Part shown: piece after piece, positions 38,401 to 51,421 of the stretch
How the letters are laid out: the number at the start of each line of letters is the position of its first letter
Position numbering within the stretch: the stretch's first letter is position 1
DNA from: Octopus bimaculoides
Lineage: Eukaryota
Length of the DNA: 64,000 bases
Direction: 5' to 3'
Assembly: GCF_001194135.2 (NCBI RefSeq)
Contig: NC_068986.1
Coordinates: forward strand, 6,760,397-6,824,396
Notes under the pieces: generated by a model
Databases searched by the model: none
What the model was told of the DNA's origin: nothing
Seen by the model: only the letters and a program-made list of their open reading frames with translations
Made by a program: the position numbers and the translations under genes

Positions 38401-38614
38401 AATCAATGATGATGATGATGATGATGAATTTAGTACACAGCACAATGATGTACCAAACAGATGTAACGGTAGTTCATGGTGGCTGTGTGGTAAGAAGCTT
38501 GTCTATGATGATCGTACACTGCCATGAAAGTAATGATTATTACACACATGCACTACCGACTGAGACAAAAAAAAAAAAAAAAAAAAAAAAAATTAGCCCC
38601 TTGTGGGCAATGAA

Positions 38615-38975
38615 GAAATAAGAAGCTTGCTTCCTAACCACATGGTTCCAGGTTCAGTCCCACTGCATGGCACCTTGGGCAAGTGTCTTCTACTACAGCC
38701 TCAGGCCAACCAAAGCATTGTGAGTGGATTTGGTAGACGGAAACTGAAAGAAGCCCATCGTATATATAGGTATATGTATGTATTTGCATGTCTGTGTTTG
38801 TCCCCACCTCCCATCACTTGACAACCGATGTTGGTGTGCTTACATCCCCAAAACTCAGCAGTTTGGCAGACAGAATAAGTACCAGGCTTACAAAGAATAA
38901 CATCTGAGGCTGATTTTTCAACTAAAAGGTGGTGCTCCAGCATGGCTGCAGTCAAAACAAAAGAATAAAAGAAAT
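38615..38975 (+). mobile_element. tRNA-derived SINE ending at a TCTN2 donor site
   Basis: Same family as 26951-27350; its tail runs up to the intron start at 38981. Confidence 0.8.
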
Positions 38976-38981
38976 ACTTAC

Positions 38982-39162
38982 AACTGATACTTGATATATT
39001 ATATTCAACAGAAGGTTTTAAAGAGACAAATGCACTGAAGGTTGCATTTATGTTTGGTACTGAGACCACAAAGCAGTTTATTTTCACTGTTTCTTTTATG
39101 TCAGCCTCCACAATACTTGTTCTTTTTAGTTGTAATAATTTATAAAATGGTCCATTGTTAAC
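38982..39162 (-). CDS. TCTN2: TCTN2-like N-terminal exon: VNNGPFYKLLQLKRTSIVEADIKETVKINCFVVSVPNINATFSAFVSLKPSVEYNISSIS(L)
   Basis: Acceptor ttttttccttag, donor gtaagt, phase 0 to 1, 181 nt; fits the next exon. Confidence 0.8.
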
Positions 39163-39924
39163 CTAAGGAAAAAAATGAGAATCTTTAAATGAAAAATATT
39201 TTGTAAACTGAAATGTAACACAGATATAAAATAATACATGAAGTTTGTATTGGTGTTGGAGATAAATCCCAGGGTGATTTGAATGTAAAACTCATTTTAT
39301 TCTTATACCAATTTCTGCTCAATTCCTAGATCAACATCATCATCATTTAATGTCCGTTTTCTATGCTGGCATGGGTTGGATGGTTTGTTAGGAGCTGGAC
39401 AGCTGGAGGGCTAAGTTTTGGCATGGCTTCTATGGTCAGATACCCTTCCTAATGCCAACCACTTTACAGAGTATGATAGGCACTTTTTACATGCTACCAA
39501 CGTGGGTTCGTTTACGTAGCACTGGCATGAGTGAATTTACATTGCACTGGCACCTGCAAGAGAAAGAATACTCAGCTGGGAGGGGGGGAGCATGACTATA
39601 ACACACATGTCTGTATGTATGGATGGCCACAATTTTACTAAGCTTGACATGTCTTCTCAGGTACAGCCAATCACCACAAGTCCTGTTCCTTGTCATAAGC
39701 CAGGAAAAACACACAGCAACTCAGAGAAAAGTTTCACATACTGAGATACTACAATTTATTGATACAAATTTCCAATTAAAAAGTCATCTGAATTAAAATC
39801 TTCAGTCAAAATTTCATGATAATTTATGTTCCAAACATTAATTTCATAATGACAAAGTTATTTAAAACCTTCTTTGTTATTTTCAACAGTAATTGAAACA
39901 AAGTGTATTTCACTAGAAATATTC

Positions 39925-40450
39925 TTTTATTCGTTTCAGTCAATTGACTGCGTCCATGCTGGAGCACTGCCTTTAGTCGAGCAAATCGACCCCAGGACAT
40001 TCTTTGTAAGCCTAGTACTTATTCTATCAGTCTCTCTTGCTGAACTGTTAGATGACGGGGACATAAACAAACCAGCATCAATTGTCGAGTGATGTTGGGG
40101 GGACAAACACAAACACACCGAAGCTTTGTGATTGAATTTGGTAGGGGGAAGTTACTGCTGTGTGTGTGTATATGTCTGTGTATGTGCTTGTGCCTCTCTC
40201 CCAGTGAGTGAGAAAGGGAATATGACAGGCTTCTTTCAGTTTTCGTCTACCAAATCCACTCATAAGGCTTTGGTCGGCCCGAGGCTATAGTAGAAGACAC
40301 TTGCCCAAGGTGCCACGCAGTGGGACTGAACCNNNNNNNNNNGAGGCTATAGTAGAAGACACTTGCCCAAGGTGCCACGCAGTGGGACTGAACCTGGAAC
40401 CGTGTGGTTGGTAAGCAAGCTACTTACCACACAGCCACTCCTGTGCCTAT
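39925..40450 (-). mobile_element. tRNA-derived SINE containing an assembly gap
   Basis: Reverse complement of the 26951 family. Confidence 0.8.
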
Positions 40451-40469
40451 GAGAAAGATTCGACCCTTG

Positions 40470-41020
40470 CGCCATAGCTCTCGACTTCTGGCACGGACGA
40501 CAAGATTTGGCATTGGGCTTCTCCCGGTTCACTCGTCGTTACATAGGGAATCCTGGTTGGTTTCTTTTCCTCCGCTTAGCGATATGCTTAAGTTTGGCAG
40601 GTAGTCTCGCCTGAGTTGAGGGCAGCGTGTGAGAGTGTGCTACATTCATGAGCTGGCAACTGCTGCTGCCGCCACAGCTCCATTGGCTGGCACGAACACT
40701 CGCAATGAGATCCACAGAGTGAATGCCGACCGATGGCAGCGGCCATGGAAGGGAGGCAACAAGAGCGGTGTTGGGTGGGCAGGAAGGAAGGAAAAGCGAG
40801 GATGCGTATGAGACCAGCGAGCAAGTGGCAGATAAGAACAGACCGGGCGTCTGTCTGCTTCGTTTGTAGTCATCGTTGTCCACACGCATGCAGCCTTGCT
40901 GTTCCTCTACTACTGATGCTGCGGATGTCGGACTCTGTTACGTGTTGGCCACATGCTTCGCGGCAGGTGGTATGGTCGTTGCAGCGTTTTGCAATGATGG
41001 TCTGGCATGGCGGGTAACAA
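40470..41020 (-). mobile_element. GC-rich RTE-like LINE 3' region
   Basis: RLHACG/MRVDNDDYKR..Q...LIASVRASQWS resembles the C-terminal part of RTE ORF2. Confidence 0.45.
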
Positions 41021-41114
41021 AAAAGTTAATACATTTCTTTTATATCTCTTATAATTTTATTAGAGCAAAATTAATATAGAACTTGAGAGATAATCTGTGT
41101 CAATGGCTTCTAAC

Positions 41115-41194
41115 CTTAAAAATTCTTTCATCAAGTTCCCAAACATTGTCAGAAATTTCCTTTTGAATTCCACTGCTATCATTAAATGTGTTGT
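41115..41194 (-). CDS. TCTN2: TCTN2-like N-terminal exon: (N)NTFNDSSGIQKEISDNVWELDERIFK
   Basis: Acceptor atattttacag, donor gttaga, phase 1 to 0, 80 nt. Confidence 0.72.
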
Positions 41195-41586
41195 CTGTAA
41201 AATATAAAGTATAATGAAAATTAAGTAGAATACATACAACCAAGCCTATAGTATGTTGAGAAAACAAAAACAGTCATAAATCTCAGATAATGAAATGAAC
41301 TTAATGCGAAGAAAAAAATAACTAAAAATTTTATTATTTAATAAGTCAACAAAATTTTGTGGGGAGGGGCATCTATCTTTTAAAATACATATCATTGTAG
41401 AACAAATTTTTAACTTAGAGGTTCAGCAAAAGGGACTGGTAGAATAAGTATCAGGCTGGGGTCATGTCATTTGACTAAAATTCTTCAAAGGCCCCAGCAT
41501 AGCTGATGTATAATGACGGAAACAAAAGAAAAGATAACTTTTCTTTCAACTGCTACTTCAAAACAGTATTTGCTTTATCAACTTAC

Positions 41587-41719
41587 TTGCCACAGATGGA
41601 ACTGGAAAACATTTTGAGACTGCTGCAATGCTTTGAGAGCAATCTACTGTCACCACATTACATTGGATAATAGAGTTCATAATATCTTCAATAATAAGAG
41701 TTGTGTAACTTAAATACAC
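41587..41719 (-). CDS. TCTN2: TCTN2-like N-terminal exon: VYLSYTTLIIEDIMNSIIQCNVVTVDCSQSIAAVSKCFPVPSVA(N)
   Basis: Acceptor cctttatttag, donor gtaagt, phase 0 to 1, 133 nt, open frame. Confidence 0.75.
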
Positions 41720-41999
41720 CTAAATAAAGGAAGAGTGAAATAAATAGAGTAAAATATATAACAAAGAAAATACTGTATTGGAGAAAATACTTGAAAAACT
41801 TCCTAAAATTGAAATTCTAGGTCCATATCAAACAAAGGATATTGGAATAATTTAATCAGAATGAATATAGAGATCACAGATTCAAATGGTTAGCACTCTC
41901 AAATATAGATAAATCAGACGCCATCAAATACCTTACCAAAACATCGACACTAATTGCCTTAACTTCTTTGGTGATGAGAAGAGATAGGAGTCTTTGTCA

Positions 42000-42860
42000 A
42001 ATCTGCCTACTTACAGGCCTCATTCATTTTTCATCTCCAGGCTTCTCTAAGGAACAGAGACCATGCTTGTAGAAAAAGACAGAGAAATAAGACAGCATGT
42101 CTGTGAGTCACAGGCTAGAATATGTCTGTTTGAGGTTTTGTGCCAATCAGACAATTGGCATTCCTCTGGATGTGCTCTGAAAATGTATGAGTGAGTAGCA
42201 ACAGCTCCATCCAGATGTGAAAACAACATTCCATTGTGTGCTTCACCTGAAATTCGTAGAATATTAGTAATTGCATGGGAATGAAGTATTTTCTAGCCTT
42301 GAAAAGAAGGGATTGTCTTGAAGTTCTAGCTATGTTAAGGATTGTGTTTTCACCAGAAGAGATCCTGTGTAATAGTAAGGCCTAACGATAAGAGCAACTG
42401 TGAGGGCTCTAGCTGTATAGTGTTTAAGTGGGGTTGTTACAATGTTTACTTGATATGTAAAGGGCTTTTACTCTCTTATTACCGAGACGATGACACTTTT
42501 GAAGTCTCCGTTCATGGAATCATTGAGGCTCTGGGATGTAGTCTCAAGGTTGCATGTGGATGATGCATGGTTGCAAGTGAGGTCCAAAATATAGTTGGGC
42601 ATATCGAATATGGAACTAAAAAGAGCTCTGTCAACATATGGTTTGATAGTACCTTCTGATAGGAAGCTAGTGATCCAGGAAATAAGAGATGAATGGAATC
42701 AATAGGAGGCATTTTTGTGATGAGATCTGTTTGCCAGGCATGGTTGAAAGCTTTGCTGATATTAAAAGGTGATGAGATTACTTTGATCAAATTTCTTGAA
42801 GTTAAGAACCAGCTGGTGGGTGACATAAAATCCAGCTCTCTTCAGAAACAATAGTGGTAA

Positions 42861-42905
<45 letters not shown>

Positions 42906-43480
42906 GAAAGACTGAAGACTTTGGTGCATATTGGGACGAACTGTAGAGTGCAATATTTGAAGGCAATGGAAAGGACATTGTTAGAAATAAGTGTTGTTGA
43001 TTTGAAGTGATCACAGGTATTTGTGTACTTGAGAGGTGTACAAGGTGGTGAACTTCATGAGGTGGGAGGGGAGATAGACATGGAGTAGCTCAACCAATTA
43101 TATGCAGCATGGAGTTGGATGCAAAGCAAATAACAAAGGTGGATGCTTTCTCCATAGAGGTACTACTCACAGAGCCATTGTTGTTGATAAATGGAAGAGG
43201 ATTCTGCAAAGTGGTAGAGGTCCTTTTGACAAGAGACCAGACGGATTGGATACAGTTTGGGAGGCAACAAAACTTGCGAGATGTGTAAGACATGGAGAAC
43301 ATTTCTTATGGTTTGGATAGAAGATAAGGATTGAAAAGATTGTGTTGTAAAGATGAAAAGGATGTGGTGTTTGTATGTGAATAAGGAGTGATGATTGAGA
43401 TACAGGATTGGAATGCAGTGAGTTTAGTCCTGGTTTTTGGCATCATAAAGAAGTATGAAAGTGTGATGTTACATGGACAG
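42000..43480 (-). mobile_element. CR1/Jockey-like LINE RT remnant
   Basis: WSLVK...PLPFINNNGSVSSTSMEKASTFVICFASNS; ISKAFNHAWQTDLITKMP (SKAFD motif). Confidence 0.7.
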
Positions 43481-44232
43481 GTCATAGTAATCTTCTGCTA
43501 GAAGCCTTATGTAAATGTTTACAACAGAACAAACTGCTGTAAAGGCAACCCTGGTGGTATTACACAAGGTGGTGGTATAACAGGCAATATGTTTCTACCA
43601 TAAATGAAGAAAGGAAACCAATACATTAAAACAATATTAGAAGAATAAAGTGTCTAAAAGAGTGATATAGCTTTTGCAACAGCAGATGATGATGATGGTA
43701 AAATACAGGATTACAAAGTGTGTAATGTGGTAATGGTAACAATGGAGATGCAATGTATAAGTAGTCGCCAGTCACTTATGATGTCAGTGCAATGATGTTG
43801 CTATCATATTGTATGAGAAAAGAATATTAAATGGAATTTTTTTTCTTTGAACCAACCAATGTCCAGAGAGTAATCAATGTAAAATGAACTTTTGTTGCAT
43901 TTTTATAAAAAGAGTAAGACTACGTTGAGTATGTAAAGGAGTATTTATACAATCTACCAAAATTAGAATGTATGTCACTCGGCTATATTAGGCCTGAACA
44001 GAATCTATACACTTAAAACTGCAATAATTCAATTGCTGATCCCATCTGCTTATTAATTAGGGCTTTAAGATGAAATAAGCTTCTCAACAAATTAAGGTTT
44101 CAAGCACACAATAGTTTGTCATAAGCCATGTCACATAACAAAATATTTTTTATGCCCAAAACAAAATCTCAAAAATTCTAATTCCCCCAACACTTAACTC
44201 ATTTGATAATGCAAAAAAAAAAAAAAAATTAC

Positions 44233-44315
44233 CTGAAATGATAGAGTTTTCACTTTAAGGGTTGAAGGATGAAAATTTAGAAATACTTGATTTTGTTGAA
44301 AACGTGTTGGATATC
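44233..44315 (-). CDS. TCTN2: TCTN2-like N-terminal exon: (G)YPTRFQQNQVFLNFHPSTLKVKTLSFQ
   Basis: Acceptor ttttcattccag, donor gtaatt, phase 1 to 0, 83 nt; the only open frame. Confidence 0.7.
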
Positions 44316-44676
44316 CTGGAATGAAAAATCAAGAAAATCTTTAATATGAAGAATAGTAATAGAAGATATGAAGGACAAAATAAGCTTCCTACTAAGATAA
44401 CAAGTATAAAGGGAGTGAAAATTAAAAGGAGCAGAACCCTTACACACAAAATTCAACTGTTATAAAGACTCTAATCAATACACCCAGCAGCCCTTCTTTT
44501 ACCATGTGCTATCATCATAACTTCTGCTTTTATACACAGACTTTTAACCTGCCATAATATTTCCTAAACCTTCCTCTCTTTCAAATTATGTTAAACATCT
44601 TTGTAATTATTTGGTCAGAAACTCATTTACCTCCAACCATACCCAGCCTGGAACCTTCAAATGCTTCAAGTCATAC

Positions 44677-44704
44677 CTGTAGTTTTACTAGCCAAAAACA
44701 CTAG
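44677..44704 (-). CDS. TCTN2: Tentative 28-nt micro-exon: LVFLASKTT(G)
   Basis: Acceptor gattttcag, donor gtatga; phase 0 to 1 bridges exons 46419 and 44315; polypyrimidine tract is weak. Confidence 0.45.
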
Positions 44705-44719
44705 CTGAAAATCCCATCT

Positions 44720-46135
44720 TTTCATCATCATCATCATTTAACAACTGTAGTCCGTGCTGGCATGGGTTGGACGGTTTGACTGGGCTGGCATGAAGGAAGG
44801 CTACACCAGACTCCAATCTGATTTGGCATGGTTTTCTACCAGTACAGGTGCCAATTTGCATGACACCACCATCTACCATGACTGCGATTTTGGTTGGCTT
44901 GATGGGTCTTCTCAAGCACAACATAATGCCAGAGGTCTTGGTCATTGCTTCCGTGAGGTCCAACAATCGAAAGGAACTCAGCCACTTTACCTCTGTGAAG
45001 CCCAAGGCTCGAAAGGAACTCATCCACCTTGCCTCCATGAGGCCCAAGGCTTGAAAGGGACTCAGCCACTTTGCCTCCATGAGGCAAGACGTTCAAAGGT
45101 TGATTTTTTTCTTTACGTGCCACCAGTATGGGTGCACTTGGCTTGACAGGTTCTCTTAAGTAGAGCACATCGCCAAAGATTTCAGTCACTAGTCATTGCC
45201 TCTGTGAGGTTCAAAGTTCAAAGTTTATGCTTCACAGTCTCATCCCATGTCTTCCTGGGTCTACCTCTACCACAGGTCCCCTCCAATTAAAGATCAGCAC
45301 TTCTTTACACAGCTGTCCTCGTCCAAACACATCACATGACCATACCAGTGCAATCATCTCTCATGCACACCACATCTGATTCCTCTTATGCCTAACTTTG
45401 CTCTCAAGATATTTACACTGTGCTGAACATGCACACTGACATTGCCCATCCAGTGAAGCATACTAGCTTCATTGCTTTCAAGCCTACACGTTTCCTTGAC
45501 TGTCATAGCCCATGTTTCACTGTCATGCAGCATAGCTGTTTGCACACAGGCATCAAACAATCTGCCTTTCACGCTGAGAGAGAGGCCCTTTGTTGCCAGG
45601 AGGGGTAGGAGCTCTCTAAACTTTGTCCAGCCTAATCTTATTTTCACAGCCATGCCCTCGGAGCATCCACCTCCATTACTAACTTGATCACCTAAATAAC
45701 AGAAGCTGTCTACTACCTCTAGCTTGCCCCCCGCTTCCAGCAGTGGATGGAGTCTATTTTCTGCACATTTTCAGCATTTATTGTACTTGTGCACCTTCCA
45801 TATACAAAAGCTATTTTCCCTGTTAACCTTCCTCTGATGTTGCTGCACCTTTTTACCAAAGCTTACACTGGATGCATCTTATGAAGTTTTTACCAATGCC
45901 TTTTCTACAGATCGTGCAGGGCCATGTACCTGAAGGGATTTGTGATTTGTCTGCATTCCTACTTACTAAGACTTTGGTTTTTACTAGGTTAACTCTAAGG
46001 CCCTTTGATTCTCGACCTTGCTTCCATACCTGGAACTTCTCTAGTTCAGGTAGTGATTCAGCTATAAGAGCAAGGTCATCAACATAGAGGAGCCCTCAGG
46101 GGCAGCCTGCCTCAAATTCCTCTGTTTGAATTCTT
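44720..46135 (-). mobile_element. 5'-truncated RTE LINE
   Basis: LLYVDDLALIAESLPEL; RLGWTKFRELLPLLATKGLSL.VKGRLFDACVQTAMLH.SETWA; (CAT)n tail at 44722. Confidence 0.88.
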
Positions 46136-46418
46136 CTTTTGTTACTGACAAATTCCTCTGTTCTTGGACCAAACTCACTACATTGTTTCCATGCTCTGCA
46201 AGGTGCAAAACAACATGCTAGTTATGTGATTATTACTCAAAACATCTTAATGTGTCTAATATCAAGGGTTTTCCTCAGAATATCAATTAGCCTGGTCACA
46301 CTTCAGAGTATCTTTTGCTCTCTGAAAATCATTTTCTGAGATTTCAATGTCCACAACTCTTCTTGGGTCTCTATATCCTTCTAACAGCAATACTCCTGAT
46401 GCAAAAACTAAATCTTAC

Positions 46419-46468
46419 CTTTCTGACTGGTGTACAACAGTTATTGGTATTCTTGATCATAGACACAT
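46419..46468 (-). CDS. TCTN2: TCTN2-like N-terminal exon: (D)VSMIKNTNNCCTPVRK
   Basis: Acceptor ttatgttttag, donor gtaaga, phase 1 to 0, 50 nt; the only open frame. Confidence 0.65.
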
Positions 46469-47345
46469 CTAAAACATAATTGGTCTCTTTCTTACATCCA
46501 AACCCAGCCTTTACCAAACTACTATTGTTTCCTACACATCAAAATGTCTGAGCAATGAATAACCAAAGTCAGTTACGACACATTCACATACATTTAAATC
46601 TTATGCTACTTTAAGTAAGGTGACAGGGTGAGTTGATAATTTGTTATATAGGTGACTGACTAAAGAAGAGACGAGGGAAGTTGTACTGAAAGCATAGAGA
46701 CCAGATTGAAAATGTTCAGGGTGCTACTACCTCTAGTGACAAGAGAATTTTCTTTCTAAGAAGTTAGAGTATTGAGTGGTGAAGAACTCAGTGTGTGTGT
46801 ACATAAAATATGATTGGTATATGAGACATAAAATGAAGATCATTATCTTCATTGATGGTTAATAGATAAAGTTTCTATTAGAAAAGAAAGGAGTTCAATA
46901 GTTGCTACCACTGTTGGCAACGAAAGACTTCATTCCTCATAGATTAATATCGGTCATTTATAAATAGTGTTAAGTTGCAATGGTAACAAAAATGATTCAG
47001 AACTTCAAAAGCTGAACTTATGGACATTTAAATGTGACATGTTCAGAGAAGATGTACATATGTAAAAAGTGTTAGGTGCTTGATGAAAATGTGCATTGTG
47101 CTGAGAGTAGAAAATGCCCAGAGCAGAGAAGACTAAGGAAAACATGGAAGGTGGTAGTGAAAACAGATATTGGGATGTTGGGCCTCATCGATGAAATGAG
47201 TGGGTGGTAATATGCTGGACATATGCTTGGGGAAGATAGATATCAAATCAATGAAGATAATGATGATACTATAATCAGACAGTCTGACAATAGTTAAATA
47301 ACTGTTTTATTTCATTAATATTTTAGAAAATATATTGATCATTAC

Positions 47346-47442
47346 CCCTTGATGTTGAAAGAAGATACTGGTTTCCTTCACTACTGTTAGCTTCACAGTA
47401 AACTTGCACTGGAGAACCAAGTTCTTTAACTGTGTATGAAAT
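47346..47442 (-). CDS. TCTN2: TCTN2-like N-terminal exon: ISYTVKELGSPVQVYCEANSSEGNQYLLSTSR(D)
   Basis: Acceptor ttttttaactcaacag, donor gtaatg, phase 0 to 1, 97 nt. Confidence 0.72.
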
Positions 47443-49360
47443 CTGTTGAGTTAAAAAAAAACATCTAAATATAAATTATATTGGGAATAACTCACACCAT
47501 TAAAAAAACCCATCTTAATTACAATAATGATACTATGATTTTTAGTTTTTTACACAGATTTTCTACAGTTTTTTTTAAGGTGTTGACATAAATCGAAGCT
47601 TCCATGATCCTCACCCGAATAAGTGGATGGATGGTATGTGTCTAAGTCCTGTCTAGGTTTATAAGAATCTGAGAAGACACCAATCCATTTAGTGTCCATT
47701 TTCCCATGCAAGCATGAATTGAATAAGAATTTGAGGTAGTATTTTGTAACTGGATGTCTTTCCTGTCATCAAGTCTTACCTCTTTTCCTGGGCTACAGTG
47801 GAAGACTCTCACCCAAGGTGTCAGCAGTGAGACTGAATCTGAAACCTTGTTGTATATAAGCCATACTTCTGTCTAATGCATTTTATATATTACAAGTAAT
47901 AAGAGCTTCTTTTTTTTTGTTAGACTCATAATGACTTGGAACATTTAGTGGAACCCTTTATGCATATTATCTAAGCAACATAAGTAGATTGTGAGAGTAT
48001 TTCTAAGAGCCAACAACATCACCCATTGGTCCACCCCCAAGTAGCATACCATTGTTTGGTTCAAGATTGCTTCTTCATCCAGCAGGTGTCAATATCAACT
48101 AACCACTCTCTGATGGCCATATTTCTGTCTACCACTAATGACTCCTTATCTAGTAAAAGAGCTTGCTTTCTGAATCGTGAAAAGGCATATAACTGCATGC
48201 CATGAGACATACAGTGAAGTATGGGATTGATGGGCATCTTCTAGTTGCTTGAAGTCCTTGTACAAACGCCCAAGCATTTGTGTTCTGGTAAAAGCTTCTA
48301 AGTTGAAACCCTTTCAACGTGGGTCTCTCTCTAGGGTGCATAGTCATCTCTATTTCATAACTTTTATGAACTAGATTGACATGCACGGTGGGAATAGGAT
48401 CAGTCAACTCATATTTGCGATGGAAAGCAAAAGGCCGAACTGGATGCAAGAATTGTTGAGAATTAGTGCAATAATATGCCAACTTCAGTGCTCAATCATC
48501 AAAATGGGAGGTATGTGAAGAGCTAAACCCACAATCTTCAATTTGTTTTTTCTGCTTACCCTAAACTCTGGTTTTGGATTTTAGTTAGTGACTGAAAGAG
48601 TATCATTGCTAATAAAAGCAGCTAAAATGGTATTCCTTCAAAGGGTCACTATTGGAGTAATGTTATTTGATGGGATGAGTAAAGCAGAGATTTGGGACTT
48701 ATTCCAGGTCAAGCCACTACATCTCTACATTGAGAGATCTTAGTTCTGGTTTAGTGGACATGCAGTTAAAATGTTAGGCATCCTGGGGAAAGACTCATGG
48801 GACAGATTTTTATGGGCAAAGCCAAACAATAAGACATCTTACAAGTATACCACAAGAGAATAGTTGAATCATAACCACAGCCTTTGTTGGTCTCACTTGG
48901 AGGACCAGCCAGAGCATTTGCAGAGGGTTGCTTCTGATAGGATCATCCTGCTTTCATGACGCTGACAGGAATAAGGAGGAATGAAGATGGGAATGAATTG
49001 GTCTAGATTTACAAGAATCTGAAAAGACACATCAATCCATTGCAGGAACATTACACCTCACAAGATACAGGTTCACATCCCAACTACTACTGTTGTTGGA
49101 AGCAGATGTTAAGAAGCCCACTGATATATCAACTATCCATGTTATCAGACAAAATATGAAACTACAAACTAATACTATAGGATCTATTTCAAGTACAATG
49201 GTCAATTCTCCATAAACAATAATTAAATTGCTCCTGTATTGAGGGTAAAACTAAAGAACTCTAGAGATATATGGTGTGACTAAAGCAGGACCAAAACACT
49301 AGTTGAGTTTCTTAACATTTGGCATCTTAAAAAAAATTTTTTCACCATAAACATGTGGTA

Positions 49361-49766
49361 CAGGTGTAAGAGTGGCTGTGTGGTAAGTAGCTTGCTTACG
49401 AACCACATGGTTCCGGGTTCAGTCCCACTGCATGGCACCTTGGGCAAGTGTCTTCTACTATAGCCTCGGGCCAACCAAAGCCTTGTGAGTGGATTTGATA
49501 GACGGAAACTGAAAGAAGCCCGTCATATATATATGTAAATGTGTCTGTATATATATATGTTTGTGTGTCTGTGTTTTCCCCCCAGCATCACTTGACAACC
49601 GATGCTGGTGTGTTTACATCCCCGTAACTTAGCGGTTCGGCCAAGAGACCGATAGAATAAGTACTAGGCTTACACAGAATAAGTCCTGGAGTCGATTTGC
49701 TCGACTAAAGGCGGTGCTCCAGCATGGCCACAGTCAACTGACTGAAACAAGTAAAGAGTAAAGAGC
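49361..49766 (+). mobile_element. tRNA-derived SINE, full length
   Basis: Same family as 26951-27350. Confidence 0.85.
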
Positions 49767-50125
49767 TAAATTTAAATCTATTTTAACTGAAAAAAAAAAC
49801 TGTGAGACTTGTATATAAATTCAAATTACTATCTCACTCATGGATTTTATTTTATTAAGTTAAATGGTAAAACTAAATGAAAATATAACTATTCAATATA
49901 ATGTCTGGCTAAATTTTTAGAAACTTTTGAAAAGTAGACAAGTTTATACGTTCCAGGTTTAATAAACATGGTGCTGGAACACTGACCAAGTTTAACTTCA
50001 CAACCAGTTACTCTGAGCAAGAAACACACAGACACACACAAATTTATTTAAAAAAGAAATATATAATTCAATCATAAAAATACTTATTAAATCTTAAATT
50101 ACCATTTATTGTAAGAAATACTTAC

Positions 50126-50190
50126 TTCAAATGACTTGGAATTGTTAGGGACAGTCAAATTTTCTAACATTATCTGCATGGTATTCCAAT
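50126..50190 (-). CDS. TCTN2: TCTN2-like N-terminal exon: (D)WNTMQIMLENLTVPNNSKSFE
   Basis: Acceptor tagtttcag, donor gtaagt, phase 1 to 0, 65 nt. Confidence 0.68.
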
Positions 50191-50413
50191 CTGAAACTAT
50201 TCAATGTAAACATAATTCTTATAAGAAGCCTGAAATCTTAAATCAATAGAATTAAACTATTTTGTCGGAGGATGATGCAACAAATGATGGATACACACGC
50301 AAAGCCTCTCAACCCAATAAGATGCCTTCAACAAATTTAGATACCAACTTTTTTAAATACTGTGCTGGACAATAGGAAATTTCAGTCCATTTATGAAGAG
50401 GCATTATATAATA

Positions 50414-51421
50414 CTAGCAGATATACCTGGCGTTGCTAAGGATTTAAATGGCATAGTCTGTATATATAGTACAGTTAAGTTGAAACATGTGATATGGGGA
50501 AGTGCAGCACTTGACGACAAAACATTTGTGGAGTAAATGAAGGGCTAATTCGACTAAGCAACATGTCATGCGTCTCTTTGGAAGATTCCAGGCCTTAACC
50601 TTGTCATGGAAAAGTGGGTGGTGGGTATGTGATTTCTGAATGCACCAAAAACCTCTCAGTGGATATACTTTGTGTGGCTGTTGGCGCTGCTCTACCATGC
50701 TGAATAGTCAGCAGACATAAGAACGACATCCATGTGATAAATTAAGCCTGTGGGCGTGCTCAACAACACTACATGAGAGAAATCTACATGAAAGAAATGT
50801 GGTGGAGGAGTGGCTAAAGCTGTTAATGCAGCATTCCTGGTCAGGTGAATGCTACACTGCTCATCACTTTCTATTGCTCTTGCACCATTTTTTGATTGTC
50901 TAGTTGAAGTCTCATGTGATGATTCATTTGTTCTCCTTCTTTCCTACTTCTCTGCTACCGCTGTTTTTCGACCAATTGAGGATCTTTTCTTTGGAGACAT
51001 TACGTCAAGAAATATGATGTAATAAACTAAGGTGACAATAGTATGTTAATAATGAAATGTCAAAAGAAAAGGTAAATAATATAGATATCTTAGCAAATTT
51101 TAAGAAATATATACAATGAACTGAGATATTAATTGATATCAATGGATAAGTTTTATATAGTAACATGTGTAAGCGAATTGTGCTGGCTGTGAAGGAGACA
51201 ATTTCTGAGTTACCTCCTTTGTCCACAATAATCGTTTGTAACCTAGGAAAAGGTGTTTTCTTACTCCCATAGGCCCCATTATGCATTATGTGAAAAAATT
51301 TAAGTATCTAAAACCATTTCTGGAACATACATAATGTATGTTCCCAGTTTGGAGAAAATCAGTTGTTAACTTCAGAAGTTATGCAGGTTTACACACACAG
51401 TCTGAGTTTTATATATATAGA
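50414..51421 (-). mobile_element. Non-autonomous Helitron-like element with both ends
   Basis: 3' hairpin + CTAG|T at 50414 (homologous to 5922); 5' TCTATATATATAAAACTC at 51421 (like 2680); internal continuity assumed. Confidence 0.6.
51214..51242 (-). CDS. Tentative 29-nt micro-exon: (R)LQTIIVDKG(D), inside a Helitron-like repeat
   Basis: Acceptor ttttcctag, donor gtaact; the only phase 2 to 1 bridge I found between 56680 and 50190, but it lies in repeat sequence. Confidence 0.3.

Noticed and set aside
40281-40392. 52-bp direct repeat either side of a 10-N gap
   Set aside because: Identical sequence flanking an N run inside a SINE indicates a scaffold overlap artefact.
40470-41020. GC/CpG-rich patch as the TCTN2 promoter or first exon
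   Set aside because: In-frame exons continue far upstream, and the patch translates to an RTE-like ORF2 end.
48000-49100. Possible LINE endonuclease remnant (ORF 48150..48482)
   Set aside because: Too degenerate to assign without a homology search.
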